A stretch of 63,179 bases of DNA, filler included, from Phoronis australis (taxonomy: Eukaryota; Animalia; Phoronida): assembly GCA_002633005.1 (NCBI GenBank). It is 6 parts of 6 records of this genome, joined end to end, with 100 filler letters (N's around TTAATTAATTAA, not from the genome) between each part and the next. Parts side by side here need not be neighbours in the genome. Positions count along the whole stretch, not along the records: positions 53,830 to 63,179 come from NMRA01001827.1; 5 more parts are not named here. The stretch is one strand, 5' to 3'. The notes beneath the pieces were generated by a model that saw nothing but the letters and a program-made list of their open reading frames with translations, was not told where the DNA came from and did not search any database. The translations under genes and the position numbers were made by a program. Below, piece after piece: positions 60,918 to 63,179 of this stretch (position 1 is the stretch's first letter; every line of letters starts with the position of its first letter).

Positions 60918-63179
60918 GCTCATGAACAGTTGATTCCAAGATGTTCATATCAACGACCAATCACTTCGTTTTGCGTGTTAACGCGGGAAACACGCGCCTT
61001 TCACTCGCGTAATTTTGCATGGCCTTGTGTGATCTCCCTTATGTCGAAGCACCCCTGAAAATATTCTGCCTTGGAGAGACAAGACAAATTTGCTTAAAGA
61101 CAACGATTTATGCCTATGTCGTAAAATCTTTTCTAGGAACTGAACAGAGATAAAAAATTTTGCGCATTTGCATCTGTGACCATCCCGGTACTGCTACCTA
61201 AAGTGACCAGTAAAATGAGTTCTTCATTCTTTTCCTCTAGAAATTGATACTTCCATAGGGATTTTATTTGGTTTTGTCGGAGTCCACTATTGACTCTCTT
61301 TGTTTTTACGCTTTTCAAACAATTCCATTCCATCTAATACCTTAAAAAGAAGGAAGCTGTTGCTTGACGAATGCTTCGTACCGAACTTGCATTGAAATTA
61401 AAATCACTAAAGACTGACCCTATTGCTAGTCTTGGCACCAGCATTTCGGAATTCAATTTTCAGGTTCTAAAATTGAACACGGGTGTCGTCGCGTTCTATT
61501 CCTCTCCAGACTGTTCCGAAATTTTATTAAACAACTGTTCTCCAGACCAAATTGTTGTCTTTTTCTCGAAATATCAAAGCATGCCAACCCATAAAAGTAT
61601 TTTTAAGGTTGGTGGTTGATACAAATCCGTTCACGTCATTCACAACGTGCACTCTGTCATTCTTCTCTCGTGATACCGTGACCACGCGTTTTTTTCGGCA
61701 AGAACAATCATATTATAATTTTTCCAAATAGTGTTAAATTTGTCAAAGTGGAAAGAAATAATCAGTGAATTTTAACCCTGACACTGGCAGCAGCGCCACC
61801 TTTGTTCTGCATAGCCGATCACGTCATTCAATATAGGTGGAGCAAAATGTATGCCGAGTGTGTACCAGACAACGTGTTTATCGTGAAATAAATTGCATGC
61901 AACTGTACAGAAATATTTGCCGAGAATTGTATGACAAATATTGGAGCTTGGACAATTTTATGAAGTTTTGTTGAACCCCAGGATTGGTTTCTAATCCAAA
62001 TGATTCCGCGTTCGGTCTCTGAAATTCAATTACTGGACCAAAGTTACAACTGGAATTCGAAACCGAGTTGACTTCCACTGGAGCATGGAATCGAGTCAGA
62101 CTTACACACCAGCTTCTTTTTGTATCCTGCACATTATTTTCAAGTCTAACCGTTACTCGGCATAACAATGACTGACTCAAATAAATGGTCAGAATTTTTA
62201 AACGATGCTGATTCACTTGGTAGTGTGAGGGGTTGACAAACAAAATAGGGCTATGCACTGAGGGAAAACTTTGGAGGGAGCTTTTATTTGGTTGACATGT
62301 TTCACGTAAACAAACCGTGCGTGTTGGTGACAGCCTTTCCAAACGCGGTGTTTTCCACTAGAAAACAATTATTTGTATGAAATTTTTTTGATTTTAAATC
62401 CTCACATATGTTGCTGATGCACAGTCCGTAGTTTTAGTTTGTGAAATATGGTTGCACCCTCGACGTAACCTTAACGACACAGCACTCAAACTGTTTGGAA
62501 TCGCTTGTGAACACCAAGACGGACAGTACACAGGGCCAGAAAGTCATTCTTGGTAGGTGCTATTTTGATTAATTGCATTATCAGTCCAATTAGAATATAT
62601 CAAAATTCCAAAGTTATAGTAACACACTGACATCAGGGGAGATAACACATCTGAGCGCTGACAACTGCATTAACACGTCTCCGTTGATAGGTGCTGAGAG
62701 TCAATTAAACTTGTGTTACCGCAACTTTCAAACCTACGCCTTCCGGCTGTTTGATCACACAGACCAGATATATTGAGTTTAACACAGAGCTGACCCCTTG
62801 TGAAGACTAAACGAAGTTACAGAAGAAAACAACCACCAGGTTAATTAACGTGTGGTTTCCTTGCCCTGAAAATCCTCATTAACTGGTCAATGAAAGTCGT
62901 AAGCTAATTTTAAATAAGAGAAAACTTGTATTACTAATTTACTGCTCTAGCATAAGTTTGCTTAAAGCAATTGCTTAAAGGTAGTTTCTATATCTGAGCC
63001 CAAAATCAAAAGACATTTTGAGCTTACGATTTGCAGCATAAATATTTGTATCCCCAAACATCTGTTCTTCAGAAGATTAGACAGAAACTTCAACGCAATA
63101 TCGCAATATTAACATTCCTTTTGAGGTTTATTTACAGAACAGTTGTCTAATATTTAGGTCTTAATTGGAATTCCAACAC

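Noticed and set aside
61878-62342. 154-aa minus-strand ORF
   Set aside because: Non-ATG start, no motif, and no splice or homology support.

Overview
AT-rich, repeat-rich, intron-containing DNA from an animal genome, probably a marine invertebrate such as a lophotrochozoan (inferred from the repeat and gene families). It is not one continuous molecule: five N-TTAATTAATTAA-N spacers join six contigs (1-13057, 13158-25021, 25142-35975, 36076-48645, 48746-53729, 53830-63179), so adjacency across spacers is unreliable. Three partial spliced genes can be rebuilt on the minus strand with GT-AG introns and consistent phases: a Roc-COR (ROCO) GTPase (7 exons), an inter-alpha-trypsin inhibitor heavy chain-like gene (13 exons; VIT-vWA-GDPHF-ITI C-terminus; one 2-bp frameshift) and a two-vWA matrix protein (6 exons). 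Mobile DNA includes a decayed Tx1/L1 LINE, a tandem and inverted Helentron/HINE-like array, an Academ-like fragment, two Gypsy LTR elements, a Kolobok-like THAP relic and several MITEs. The most unusual structure is a Gypsy element with only one LTR. That LTR is split at a duplicated CAA, circularly permuted, and flanked by two inward-facing Harbinger-like ends, as expected if a DNA transposon had integrated a 1-LTR circle. All coordinates were read by eye and no database search was run.
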